From IMG/VR virus record IMGVR_UViG_3300025012_000027, positions 152,116 through 216,115 of that record: 64,000 bases of DNA. One strand, 5' to 3'. The notes beneath the pieces are model-generated. The model saw nothing but the letters and a program-made list of their open reading frames with translations. It was not told the origin of the DNA and made no database searches. The position numbers were made by a program, and so were the translations under genes. Below, piece by piece: positions 36,826-47,105 of the stretch. How positions within the stretch are numbered: the stretch's first letter is position 1; every line of letters starts with the position of its first letter.

Positions 36826-38076
36826 TTACTGTTTCAAAGCACTAACATAAGCGCTCATCCGAGTATGTTCAACTAACGGTTCAATAGTTGAAGGGCCTTT
36901 TTCAGAGATTGGCTCTGATTTAGTTAGCGCTTCATTCAAATGCTCTTTAGCTCCGGTCTGCTTGTTTTCGAAGAATGAAGTTTTAACGATGCCAAGTTTT
37001 TTCTTAAACGTGTCTTCGTCTTCAAATTCAAAATCTTCTACCAATGTTTTAAACCGACTCGCATCTAGACTGGAAAACTCTTTCGAGGTTTCTTCAATAA
37101 TATTTGCACGTTTTGAATTGTTGAGTTCTTCCTTAATAGCCTGCAACTGAGTTGTTGCTGCTAGTAAAGAACTTTCCAGTTCTACTTTTTCATCTAGCGC
37201 TTTCTGATACAAATCTACCTTTGCTTCTGGTAGATCAATATAATGCTGTTCGCATAGAGTCTTAAGTTTGTTAATAAATGATTCAGTTAGTTCAGTCTTA
37301 ATACCTGCTTCAAGGGCAAGTTCATTCTTAGTAGTCCACTCCTCAGCCACATAGGTGAGGTATCCATCAATCTTTTCACTGGTCTCTTCTTCAAGCAACT
37401 TGACACGTTGGTCATATCGCTCTTGGAATTCTGTTGTTAGAGCTGCGGTTTTTGTCGCAAACTCTTCTTCAATAAGTTTAATAGCTGCTTTTGAGCTTTC
37501 TTCTAATTTGGTATTTACCGTAGACATATGCTGCTTTACGGTTGCTTCAAACAGTGTCTTTGCCTTCAACTTAAAGTCGTCGGAAAACTCTGATCCGAGC
37601 ATTTCTTCAAGTTTACCTGAGTCAACAGCTACTTGTTCGTCTTCTGCTTTTTTCTTGGCAGCTTCAAATCTAGCCATTGCATCTGCATCGCTTGGATCAA
37701 CATCGGTTTCATTTTGAACAGCTTGCACTGCATCAAATTGATCTTCGTGTCGATCGCCTGTCGCGTCTACTGTGTCAGCAAGTTTCTTAGCATCGTCGAA
37801 ATTCTCTTGTGCGTCTTCTTCAACAGCTTTACGCACTTGTTCCGCTTTTTTCTTAGCAGCGATCTCACGCGCATTAGCGTCGCCATCAGTGCCTTCGGCT
37901 TCTTCAGACTCGCCTTGATCAGCGGTTAATCCACCGTCAACCTCAGAAGATGAAATATTGGGGTCCATTGGATTCTCAATCTTTACCGCGGGATCTTCGT
38001 CGACGCGATCGGCCTTCTCCTTAGCCTGAGCTTTTGATTCCATTATCGCGCGGATTTGGTCTTCAAGTGATGCCAT
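36826..38076 (-). CDS. gp22: prohead scaffold protein
   Basis: Acidic coiled coil, YLTYVAEEW; synteny. Confidence 0.9.
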   Translation of the reverse strand: MASLEDQIRAIMESKAQAKEKADRVDEDPAVKIENPMDPNISSSEVDGGLTADQGESEEAEGTDGDANAREIAAKKKAEQVRKAVEEDAQENFDDAKKLADTVDATGDRHEDQFDAVQAVQNETDVDPSDADAMARFEAAKKKAEDEQVAVDSGKLEEMLGSEFSDDFKLKAKTLFEATVKQHMSTVNTKLEESSKAAIKLIEEEFATKTAALTTEFQERYDQRVKLLEEETSEKIDGYLTYVAEEWTTKNELALEAGIKTELTESFINKLKTLCEQHYIDLPEAKVDLYQKALDEKVELESSLLAATTQLQAIKEELNNSKRANIIEETSKEFSSLDASRFKTLVEDFEFEDEDTFKKKLGIVKTSFFENKQTGAKEHLNEALTKSEPISEKGPSTIEPLVEHTRMSAYVSALKQ

Positions 38077-38116
38077 AGTAGTTTTCCTTTATTCTTACTT
38101 TTATTTAAGTATTGTG

Positions 38117-38776
38117 TTATTTACGGGTGATTTGAGTTAGAAAGTTTTGGAATGCTTGTAACTTAGCTTCTTCTAACTGAACACTGGTTGCTTTTCTGAT
38201 AGCTTGCTTGGCTTCAAAGACATCCTGTGCTACAAATTTTCCGTCAACGAACAGATATTCTTTCTCTTCCATCAAATGCTCTACAAAGGCATCTCCAACG
38301 CTCGGGTCGAAAACCACATCCGCGGCCACGTGGAGCTGGAAGTCTTTGCCAACATGCGTGATGTCACCTCGTTTTGAAGTAGACCCAACACCGCGACTAG
38401 ATACGCCGATCTTCACACCATCAGATAATAGAGATTCTAGAATCTTACCTAATGGAGTCGATAAAACTTTTGCCTTACCATAATAATAGTTGCCGTCTTC
38501 TGATAACTGAGTAGTTAGAATACATGCGCGTTCTGGATCAACCTGTAATCGTCCAGGTGGATGATTCAATTCACCTAATGATCTATGAGTGTCAATGTAT
38601 TCTTTCTGATACTGCTCCACGGCAGTCTTCATTACATCTTTACCGTATATGCGTTTGTTTCTGTTAGGCGTGGTGTGCATCAGGAAATGTCCCTGAATGA
38701 ACATACGCTCTTTGCCAGACTTGGTTGACTCGGTTAGAACTTGCGCGTCTAACGTCTTATCTATAAGAAGTTTCAT
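38117..38776 (-). CDS. gp21: prohead protease
   Basis: NRNKRIY, GELNHP, GVSSRGVGS. Confidence 0.95.
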   Translation of the reverse strand: MKLLIDKTLDAQVLTESTKSGKERMFIQGHFLMHTTPNRNKRIYGKDVMKTAVEQYQKEYIDTHRSLGELNHPPGRLQVDPERACILTTQLSEDGNYYYGKAKVLSTPLGKILESLLSDGVKIGVSSRGVGSTSKRGDITHVGKDFQLHVAADVVFDPSVGDAFVEHLMEEKEYLFVDGKFVAQDVFEAKQAIRKATSVQLEEAKLQAFQNFLTQITRK

Positions 38777-39174
38777 TATGGAGTTACTCCCTGTTCTGGT
38801 CTAAACAGTGGACGATATCCTTGGACCTTAAGCAGTCTCATATAAACTGTACCTTTAGCGCTCATATTAACAACGATGTCAAACGTATTGTTCTGGTTGT
38901 CTGCTCCCCATGCGAGTTCAAAACTTTCAGTGTTTTCAAATGCATTGTTGACAACAACACTGTTTCTAACGATGCTGATTTCGCCGGTAACCGCTGTTGA
39001 AAACTCTAGACTACCGATGTTTACCGTTGGTGCCAGACCATCAAGTTCTTCGTTTGACTTGAGCAAATCGACGTCTAAGTCGATAGTGATCGCCCCAGCA
39101 CTAGCAACATCGTTGACCACTTTCACAAGCGCTTCAACGTGATTCATCTTAATTATTGTTTTACTGATTGCCAT
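38776..39174 (-). CDS. hypothetical virion protein
   Basis: ORF after TAAATA promoter in the head cluster. Confidence 0.65.
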   Translation of the reverse strand: MAISKTIIKMNHVEALVKVVNDVASAGAITIDLDVDLLKSNEELDGLAPTVNIGSLEFSTAVTGEISIVRNSVVVNNAFENTESFELAWGADNQNNTFDIVVNMSAKGTVYMRLLKVQGYRPLFRPEQGVTP

Positions 39175-39257
39175 GTATATTCCTTGAACGTATATGTGTA
39201 TTTACGTCTATAACGATTACAGTAGACCGGTTATGTGCAGCATGGTATCTACGGGAA

Positions 39258-39566
39258 TCATAGTACCCTGATAATATCGGCGAATTGATCGTATCCACTG
39301 TTCATATATGTAGAAACCGAATCTTTATCAATTGATGTCAAATTTGCCAACGAGAGTAACGTAGATTCAGATATCAACACGTTCGCCCCATCAGCTAGCG
39401 TGAATGCTATCTTCCCCATGAACTTATCACGTAACTTATATGCAACAACGTAGTCGTCCAACGAAAAAGATTCTGCCTCTAAGGATTCGCATATGCTCTT
39501 ATATCGACTCTCGGGTATCTTCTGTCCCTTGTCAAATATGATATTTGCTAGACGGCGCGAATCCAT
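39258..39566 (-). CDS. hypothetical prohead-region protein
   Basis: 102-aa ORF downstream of portal. Confidence 0.6.
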   Translation of the reverse strand: MDSRRLANIIFDKGQKIPESRYKSICESLEAESFSLDDYVVAYKLRDKFMGKIAFTLADGANVLISESTLLSLANLTSIDKDSVSTYMNSGYDQFADIIRVL

Positions 39567-39567
39567 A

Positions 39568-39723
39568 TCAGCTCTTATTGAAGTATTCTTTTGCTACTCG
39601 TTGACGCAACTCAGAAACCTTAACGGCTATCTTGCTAGCAAGAGCCTTTTCAAAAATCTTCTTTGCTTCAACGACCTCGTTCTTCATGACTCGATGCATA
39701 AACTCTAAGTTATCATTTTTCAT
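39568..39723 (-). CDS. prohead core protein (gp67-like, 51 aa)
   Basis: MKNDNLEFMHRVMKNEVVEAKKIFEKALASK...; directly after portal. Confidence 0.6.
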   Translation of the reverse strand: MKNDNLEFMHRVMKNEVVEAKKIFEKALASKIAVKVSELRQRVAKEYFNKS

Positions 39724-41215
39724 TTTCTGGACCCATCAAGTTAGGAAAAAATTGTGGAGTTTCTTTCATGGCAATAGCAATATCAGAATCAGTTTGTTCG
39801 ATCTCTTCGTCCGTTTGACGCAACACATTCTTTCGCACCCATTGAGGTGAATAGTAAAGACCGACTAAAGGCTGTATCAAGTTAACCATATTTAGCCGGT
39901 TGTTCAACAACTCAGCGTCTTTCAACTCAGCAAAGTGATTGTCTCGAATGAAGTTAAACGAGATTCTCGATGATATGAACTCCCAGTCTTCAGGAGTAAT
40001 AATGCCTTTAAGAACAAGCTGAACTCTTAATGCTTGTAGAAACAGTTCGCTGAATCGATTACGCATTCTGTCAATAAACTTGCTGAATTTAACCTCGTCG
40101 CGAGTAATCTGGTCCGTCTTTCCTAGATTGAACCCATTGTCTGGACGCAGTCTCGAAAGAGGTAGATTCAATGCACCATACAACTTGTTCAAGAAGTATG
40201 TAATGTTTTCAATCTGACCAGTGATATTTTCAGAAGGTAGAGTCGTTATCTCAGTTGATCTACCATTTGATCGACGAGGTAACCAATAATCTTCCAACAT
40301 GCTCATGTTGACACGATCATCTCTAACTTCGCCGGTTGACGAATCATACACAATCTTATTTTTATACTTTGCCATGATGCTGGTCATGTACTGATCAGCT
40401 TTTTGCTTAGGCATGTCTGCAATATCAATGTAGAATACTCGACGAGCTGGTGCTCTAGACAACGTGTATATCAGAGCAGAGTCTTCCATATAACGCAGCA
40501 TGTTGCTAGGTTTGATTGCCTTGTGCAAATGTGATATAGAATTGCCATACTCATCGACCAACCCACTGGTTGCATTGATGATGGAATCAACAGACAATTC
40601 AATGCCAGTGCTGGCAGAATTTATACCAGAATCATTATATATGTAGTATTCTTGAGTATCTACGACCAAATCAACCCCACCGGTATTGCGCTGCTTGACG
40701 ACGTCGCGTACTTTCTTGATCTTTCTAGGATCTAACGGTCGAATCTCGATAATGCCTCTATCCAATTCAGTTTCGTCAACAACGATTTGGGCAAAATATC
40801 GACCGTCAATGTACCACTGTCTGAATATGTCATGTCCTTCTCGATGAAAGTCTAACATAGTCAATACATTTTGAAACTCATCGCAAATTAATTCCTTGAT
40901 CGCTTCCGGGATATCATTTTTGTCAGACCGGACATCAATAGATACTGGCGGAGCTTCTTCTTCAATAACCACCGCTTCATCAACTATATCCGTAATAGCT
41001 TGGTCTATCTCTGCTACTTGAGCCATTGAACGATACTTATTGATCAGTTCAATTTCATTGGTTAACTTTTTGTTTAGATCAAAATAGTAACCATAAGCAG
41101 CAGCACCGGACGCAGTGACCTCGTTATTAATCGAGCCATCTCTAGTGTCCGGTGCTGTTAGAGCCGGTTCTGTGCCGGCTTTCCTAATCTCAAAACCAAA
41201 TATTTTATAGTTCAT
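39713..41215 (-). CDS. gp20: portal protein
   Basis: WYIDGR, DPRKI, RAPARRVFYID, EDYWLPRR. Confidence 0.96.
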   Translation of the reverse strand: MNYKIFGFEIRKAGTEPALTAPDTRDGSINNEVTASGAAAYGYYFDLNKKLTNEIELINKYRSMAQVAEIDQAITDIVDEAVVIEEEAPPVSIDVRSDKNDIPEAIKELICDEFQNVLTMLDFHREGHDIFRQWYIDGRYFAQIVVDETELDRGIIEIRPLDPRKIKKVRDVVKQRNTGGVDLVVDTQEYYIYNDSGINSASTGIELSVDSIINATSGLVDEYGNSISHLHKAIKPSNMLRYMEDSALIYTLSRAPARRVFYIDIADMPKQKADQYMTSIMAKYKNKIVYDSSTGEVRDDRVNMSMLEDYWLPRRSNGRSTEITTLPSENITGQIENITYFLNKLYGALNLPLSRLRPDNGFNLGKTDQITRDEVKFSKFIDRMRNRFSELFLQALRVQLVLKGIITPEDWEFISSRISFNFIRDNHFAELKDAELLNNRLNMVNLIQPLVGLYYSPQWVRKNVLRQTDEEIEQTDSDIAIAMKETPQFFPNLMGPENEK

Positions 41216-41229
41216 TATAAAGAGTAGTG

Positions 41230-41769
41230 TTAAGCGTTAACGCTTGTTTCAGTGAAGTAGTTGTATACAAAGGTTACATCAAAAGATTCAATCTGGTTGT
41301 TTTGATCCCAAGCCAAACCAATCTCACCCACGTTAATTGGCATTGCATCAACTAGCTTGATACGCTTCATTGACAGCCCATTGCGATCTAATTGATCAAC
41401 TTCCATATCTGCCTGATACAGAGCGGGTTGTAGAATACCACTATTTTCACTCAGATTGTTGATAGCATGACTCCAGCGAGACAACGTATCTCTGATAGAG
41501 AAATCTTCGTTGATTACGCGAACCGTCCAAGGAGCAAACTCGCGTTCACCCGCTACCTTAATCGCTCTGCCTTGATAGTAAACATCAATTGGAGCAAACA
41601 TAGATGCAGGCAAACTTGCCGCATTACAATGGAACTTACCTAAAAGAGTTGTTAGCGCACCTCCACCAACAATACTCGGAAAGTTTAAACTTACCTCGAA
41701 CTGGTTGGGGCGCACTCCACCGTTGATCAGACTGGATCTGAAAACGGTTAAATTGCCAAGTGAAGACAT
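41230..41769 (-). CDS. gp19: tail tube protein
   Basis: GGVRPNQFEV, AGEREFAPWTV. Confidence 0.93.
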   Translation of the reverse strand: MSSLGNLTVFRSSLINGGVRPNQFEVSLNFPSIVGGGALTTLLGKFHCNAASLPASMFAPIDVYYQGRAIKVAGEREFAPWTVRVINEDFSIRDTLSRWSHAINNLSENSGILQPALYQADMEVDQLDRNGLSMKRIKLVDAMPINVGEIGLAWDQNNQIESFDVTFVYNYFTETSVNA

Positions 41770-41816
41770 ATTATTCCTTCCGTGAATATGTTGTTACTAC
41801 TATTTAGTAGGTGTTA

Positions 41817-43727
41817 TTAGAGTTGAATCTCAGTAAACGAAGCACCAGTACGGGTCGCGATGAAGTTCAAGCTAATGAATCTAATCGAACGAACGGGTTT
41901 GATAAAGATGTTTGCTCTCAATTCACCCGCATCAATTGTATCTGGAGTATTTACCGTGCTACCCATGTCGATATAGAAATCGGTGATGCCTTGACGACCT
42001 TGGATATCGCGCAACAATGGAGTAATCATTGCTTGGAACAGTCTACGAGTTAGATCGGTATTTTGTTCGAACAAGAAGAACTTGCTAGATGCTGCAATGG
42101 ATTTTTCCAATGTAATGAACAATCTACGAACGTTGATCGCATCAAACGCGCTAGGACGACGCAGTGTTGTCTTATCGCCAAACAACACAGTACCTTCACC
42201 TGGGAAAGCAACAACTGGATTGATATTACGGCTAAACAATTCATCTCTAGCAGCTTTATCAGGATTGTATGCTAGACGAGTAACGTTCTTGATTTGTCCA
42301 CGATTCAGACCAGCTGGAGAATACCAAGTAGCAGCCACGCTGTCGGTGTATGCACACAGTCCGGCAATATCTGCATTCAGAGGAATCCAACGGTAAACGT
42401 CGTTGTATTTGTCATATTGATACTTGAATCCAGTATCAGCCACACCGTAAGAAGAATCCAAGTTAACGGAATCATACCAGTCGATAATGTCTTGCATTGA
42501 CTCAGAGGTGTTACCAATAATAGGAGCACCTGCATTGTTTGGCGAAATAAATGCCACAGCATCCATTCTATATGCAGCCACATTTTGCACCACATATCTA
42601 GACACGGTGTCAGATACTTGTCCAGTAACGATCAACGACACAGAAACAAGCTCAGTGTTCTTGAACAAGTCATATGCGAGCATGAGTTCGCCGTCGGTTG
42701 CGGAATCACCGTCGACACCGCCGATCAAAGTTCTCGACACGGGTTTTACTAATTCGACGAATGCGCCAGCAACTACTGCTTCACCAAAAGCGGTGCCGGT
42801 CAATCCAACAGCCGTTGTATCTGGATGATCCATCGACCAAACATAAGCACTGTTATTCAGGACAGTCTTGTAGTATCCAGAAGATCCATCAAATGCCAAG
42901 GCGTTGCTTGCTTTAGACACATTTGAAAACTTCTCCAATACAGAACCAGATTGCCCAGTAAATTTACCTGCGGCGTCAACGACTACCATATGTAGACCGT
43001 CGCCGGTTGCACCAACAGCAAGTGCTTGATTGCTGTCTACAGGAGCGCCATTGAACAGAGCATAGTATTCCCACTTAGTAGTACCTGATAGACCTGTAGC
43101 GGTTGCTGCGTATGTCCCGTCAACAGTAGCGTCAGTGTCCGAAGTAACAGCGGTTACTTGGAAAGCGGTCATTACAGTCGAAACAACTAAGAACACAAAA
43201 GACCCAACAGTCAACTCTTCCGTGAACAAGGTACCAGTACCCGTCAACGTGCTGCCGTCAAGACCAACTGCGATAGTACCTGTCAATGCTCGGCTATATG
43301 TAACCGCATCGGCCATCGACACTTTCAAAGAATTTCCTAGCACACCTGGATATTTTGCGGCAAACATACCAACAGCAGCTTCTCCAGCCGAATACGATGC
43401 GTTATAGACGTCTCGATTACCAATAGCAATGGCTGATCCGAGACTAACCGCATTTAGCTGTCCGGCAGTTGCTACTCGAACCATCTTCAAACTATTGGTA
43501 TAGTCTAAAAAGTTCTTAGCAGAGTAGAACGATGCATATGTGTCGTTAGTCGGTTTGTTGAATCTAGAAACGAGTTGACTCTCGTTGGACACTAAAGTGA
43601 TCTCATTAGTAGGGCCCCACACAAACTCCCCGGCAAATGCGCCAGTAGAAGTCGCTGTGGCAGTCGTACCAGTCGTCAAATCTGTTTCCTGGAAGTGCAC
43701 TTCAGGACTTAGTAAATTGGAAGCCAT
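41817..43727 (-). CDS. gp18: tail sheath protein
   Basis: WYSPAGLNRG, INVRRLF, IKPVRSIRFI. Confidence 0.96.
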   Translation of the reverse strand: MASNLLSPEVHFQETDLTTGTTATATSTGAFAGEFVWGPTNEITLVSNESQLVSRFNKPTNDTYASFYSAKNFLDYTNSLKMVRVATAGQLNAVSLGSAIAIGNRDVYNASYSAGEAAVGMFAAKYPGVLGNSLKVSMADAVTYSRALTGTIAVGLDGSTLTGTGTLFTEELTVGSFVFLVVSTVMTAFQVTAVTSDTDATVDGTYAATATGLSGTTKWEYYALFNGAPVDSNQALAVGATGDGLHMVVVDAAGKFTGQSGSVLEKFSNVSKASNALAFDGSSGYYKTVLNNSAYVWSMDHPDTTAVGLTGTAFGEAVVAGAFVELVKPVSRTLIGGVDGDSATDGELMLAYDLFKNTELVSVSLIVTGQVSDTVSRYVVQNVAAYRMDAVAFISPNNAGAPIIGNTSESMQDIIDWYDSVNLDSSYGVADTGFKYQYDKYNDVYRWIPLNADIAGLCAYTDSVAATWYSPAGLNRGQIKNVTRLAYNPDKAARDELFSRNINPVVAFPGEGTVLFGDKTTLRRPSAFDAINVRRLFITLEKSIAASSKFFLFEQNTDLTRRLFQAMITPLLRDIQGRQGITDFYIDMGSTVNTPDTIDAGELRANIFIKPVRSIRFISLNFIATRTGASFTEIQL

Positions 43728-43829
43728 ATGTTAACCTTTCTATGTTAAAGCATTCATGTTTAAAGTATTTAAGGAGAACAACATTCTACCGCAAAGTAAA
43801 TACTTGATATTGTCTATATACGGATCACC

Positions 43830-45464
43830 ATGATATTGAGATCGTTTCGCGGAAACAAAAACTTAAAGCGTGTCGGCGAACCGATAGAGTTCACAGAGTA
43901 TCAAGCGAAAGAAATCGCGAAGTGTAGTCGAGACCCCATATACTTCCTGGAAACATACGGTAAAATCGTGTCACTAGATGATGGAATAGTACCGTTCAAG
44001 TTATACGGATATCAAAAGAAAATCATTCGAGCGATCAAAGACAACCGCTTAGTATTAACTAAGATGTTCCGTCAATCTGGGAAAAGCACAACTGTCGCGG
44101 GGTTCATCGCATGGTATTGTCTATTTAATAAAAACAAAAACTCGGTGGTCATGGCGAACAAGCTAAAGACCGCCAAAGAAATTTTCTCCAGAATTCAATT
44201 CATTCTCGAAAACTGCCCGAAGTGGTTACAGCAGGGAGTCGTCGAGTGGAGCAAAACTGCCCTGTCGTTGGAGAATGGTTCAACCGTATCATGCGCGGCT
44301 ACATCCGCATCGGCGGTTCGAGGGTCTTCGGTTAACCTATTAATGCTAGATGAGTTCGCGTTCCTGACACCAAACTTAGCGGAAGAATTCGTTGCATCCG
44401 TGTTCCCAACAATTTCATCATCCGAACAATCGAAGATGATCATCGTCTCGACCCCCAAGGGGATGAACCATTACTGGAAATTGTGGGTAGAAGCAGAGCA
44501 GGGATTGAATGGGTTTGTCACGATCGAGACTCATTGGAAAGAACACCCAAGAAGAACTCAGAAATGGGCGGATGAACAACGGTCAATATTAGGCGAAATA
44601 AAATTCAACCAGGAGATCGAAGTTGCCTTCGTTGGGAGTTCTGCCACTTTGATAAACGGCGCCAAACTAAGTGCTCTCCCAACAAAAACTCCATTAGATC
44701 GACCAGACAACACCGACCAATGCATTACACAGTATGCTGCTCCTATAGAAGGGCATTCATATGTAATGACCGTCGACACATCTAGAGGAGCTGACCTAGA
44801 CTACTCGGCGTTTGCTGTCATCGATATATCAACAGTTCCATACTCATTGGCATGCACATATAGAAACAATGCTGTTAGCACATTAGTGTATCCAGAAATC
44901 GTATATAAGATGGCGTCAATATACAACCAAGCGTTCGTTCTAATCGAAACGAATGATCTAGGACAGCAAGTTGCTGACATTTTATTCTATGATCTAGAAT
45001 ATGAAAACGTGTATATGAGCCGCCAAGAAGCCATTAAAGAAGGTGGTGATGGTAAGACGAAACCTGGCTTTAGAACCAGCAAGAAAACAAAGGCTATTGG
45101 ATGTGATATGCTGAAAGGGTTGGTTGAAAATGATCAACTCGAAATTAACGATTCATACACTATATCAGAGCTAACAACATTTATACGAATAGGAGCTTCG
45201 TATAAGGCTGATGTTGGCAAACATGACGATATGGTAATGTGCTTGGTCATGTTCGGATACTTGACCAGCCAACCAGTGTTTCAAGAACTGTTTGACTTCT
45301 CGTTGAGAAATAAACTATTTGCGAGACAGATTAAAGAGGTAGATGATCAATCATTACCTCTAGGATTCTTTGAACGCGGTGAAGTTAATCAACCAGCTGC
45401 CCAGTCTGGAATTACTTTCTGGGAAGAAAATACCGACGAACTTTGGGAAGCATTATTCAGGTAA
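43830..45464 (+). CDS. gp17: terminase large subunit
   Basis: RQSGKST, LDEFAF, STPKG, HDDMVM. Confidence 0.96.
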   Translation: MILRSFRGNKNLKRVGEPIEFTEYQAKEIAKCSRDPIYFLETYGKIVSLDDGIVPFKLYGYQKKIIRAIKDNRLVLTKMFRQSGKSTTVAGFIAWYCLFNKNKNSVVMANKLKTAKEIFSRIQFILENCPKWLQQGVVEWSKTALSLENGSTVSCAATSASAVRGSSVNLLMLDEFAFLTPNLAEEFVASVFPTISSSEQSKMIIVSTPKGMNHYWKLWVEAEQGLNGFVTIETHWKEHPRRTQKWADEQRSILGEIKFNQEIEVAFVGSSATLINGAKLSALPTKTPLDRPDNTDQCITQYAAPIEGHSYVMTVDTSRGADLDYSAFAVIDISTVPYSLACTYRNNAVSTLVYPEIVYKMASIYNQAFVLIETNDLGQQVADILFYDLEYENVYMSRQEAIKEGGDGKTKPGFRTSKKTKAIGCDMLKGLVENDQLEINDSYTISELTTFIRIGASYKADVGKHDDMVMCLVMFGYLTSQPVFQELFDFSLRNKLFARQIKEVDDQSLPLGFFERGEVNQPAAQSGITFWEENTDELWEALFR

Positions 45465-45468
45465 TGCG

Positions 45469-45798
45469 TTATCTCGTATCTGCAGGCAATATCATATGCA
45501 ACCTACTCACTTCGGATGTAAGTTGTCTAACTTGCGTATTAAGCAATTGATTCTCGTGCTGTAACTCAGTCAATTGTTTGTTAAGAGACACTATCTGACC
45601 TTGCAGATGAGTTATCTCAATCATCAACTTCGTATTTTGCTCGCTCATGCGCAATACTTCAGTGTGCAGTAACTTAACCACATCACTCGAAGCGCCCGTC
45701 TCACGCCAGCCTTTTATGTATTTCTGAATGCTATATGCTACACCAAATAACCCAACGGTTACATAGCTAGCCCATTCTGCGACCTCTGAATTCTGCAT
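45469..45798 (-). CDS. TM plus coiled-coil protein (possible lysis accessory)
   Basis: N-terminal hydrophobic helix; heptad C-terminus. Confidence 0.6.
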   Translation of the reverse strand: MQNSEVAEWASYVTVGLFGVAYSIQKYIKGWRETGASSDVVKLLHTEVLRMSEQNTKLMIEITHLQGQIVSLNKQLTELQHENQLLNTQVRQLTSEVSRLHMILPADTR

Positions 45799-46252
45799 TA
45801 TAGTGTTCCTTTACCCGTAGCAGACCAGATTTGTTTGTGTATGTGTGATTTGAACATGTCGTCTACAAATAACCACACGGACGATATAATTGGTACGATT
45901 AACATATATTCTATTGGAAAAGATGTAGGAGTGTCTGATACTACAAAGCTAATAAAAATATACGACCACACCCACATACCCAACAAGTCGATACTTAAAA
46001 GAACCGACTTGGATGATCTTACAAAGCTGACGACGTGCATCGATATCCCATATACAATATATAATACCGCCCACATGGGATATGGCATCAATGCTGATAA
46101 GTAGTGATAGTTACCATCTGTTGATGAACTTTGATAAAATCCATACCCCAGAGTTAATGCCAACCAACTCAACACAATGCGCATTGATGTTATATCTTTG
46201 TATAAGAAATTTAACACCGCCTGCAAGATTCGATCAAAGAACATATGATGCA
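45798..46252 (-). CDS. multi-pass membrane protein (holin-like?)
   Basis: About four hydrophobic segments; start uncertain. Confidence 0.55.
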
Positions 46253-46321
46253 TTATTTTAATAGTTATAGTATCATATAGGTAAGATGGGCCTCTATACG
46301 TTATAGGGAGGCCCATCTTAG

Positions 46322-47059
46322 TTACGCAGTGACCGGTAATGTAGTTGTCAGATCTTCTGCACCAATTGCTAGAACCGCAGCAGTTCCTGGAGCGTCGAGT
46401 TCAACAATAGTACCAGCATTCAGAGCAATAGACTGAGCTAAAATAGCTAACGTGTCTGGTGCTGCAGGTGCGGTAAAAGTAAACACCATAGAATTGTCAA
46501 CTCCAGCCAATTCGCTGAATGTAGCGGTGACCTCTATCGCGGTGCCTAGCGTGGCTGTAAACTCGGCATCAATACCGTCACCTGTAATTACAACCGATGC
46601 TGTGCGATAACCGCTGCCAGGAGCGACTAATGTTACTGCCAATACGCCATCAGTGATAACAACAGATGCTGTAGCACCAAATCCATCACCGACAATTGCG
46701 GCTGTTGCTTCAGTGTATCCAGTACCACCATCAACTAACACAATGCTGTCGATAGGTGCGCCACCAGTTAAAACGATCGAAGGAACTCCAGTCACTGCAA
46801 GAGGCTCATCGAAATCAACATACAGAGTACCAACGGCACTAGCTGCTATAGTAGATTCCAGCCATCTAACAGCAGTTACGGCTGCTGCGCCTAACTTCCC
46901 GCTCAAATTAGCGATAGAAACCAAAGTTTCAACAATGCCGCTTGGGTGTTTATATGCCCAGCCACTTTTCGTAGCAATGGTGTTTTCTTTTTGTGCATCT
47001 GTTAGCCAGTTAGGCTTAACCGTATTAGTTGGGCTAATTCCCCAAAGTGCTTGTCCCAT
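46322..47059 (-). CDS. virion structural protein (Ig-like/decoration)
   Basis: Ala/Thr/Val-rich with GGTGY/GSGY repeats; late promoter. Confidence 0.65.
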   Translation of the reverse strand: MGQALWGISPTNTVKPNWLTDAQKENTIATKSGWAYKHPSGIVETLVSIANLSGKLGAAAVTAVRWLESTIAASAVGTLYVDFDEPLAVTGVPSIVLTGGAPIDSIVLVDGGTGYTEATAAIVGDGFGATASVVITDGVLAVTLVAPGSGYRTASVVITGDGIDAEFTATLGTAIEVTATFSELAGVDNSMVFTFTAPAAPDTLAILAQSIALNAGTIVELDAPGTAAVLAIGAEDLTTTLPVTA

Positions 47060-47105
47060 TTAAGTTCCTTTCGATGTAGACGTTCTAATTATATTTAAGC
47101 GTGTG

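Noticed and set aside
2038-45464. Introns or inteins in nrdJ, gp43, uvsW or gp17
   Set aside because: The ORFs are continuous, of normal length and show no splice-junction motifs.
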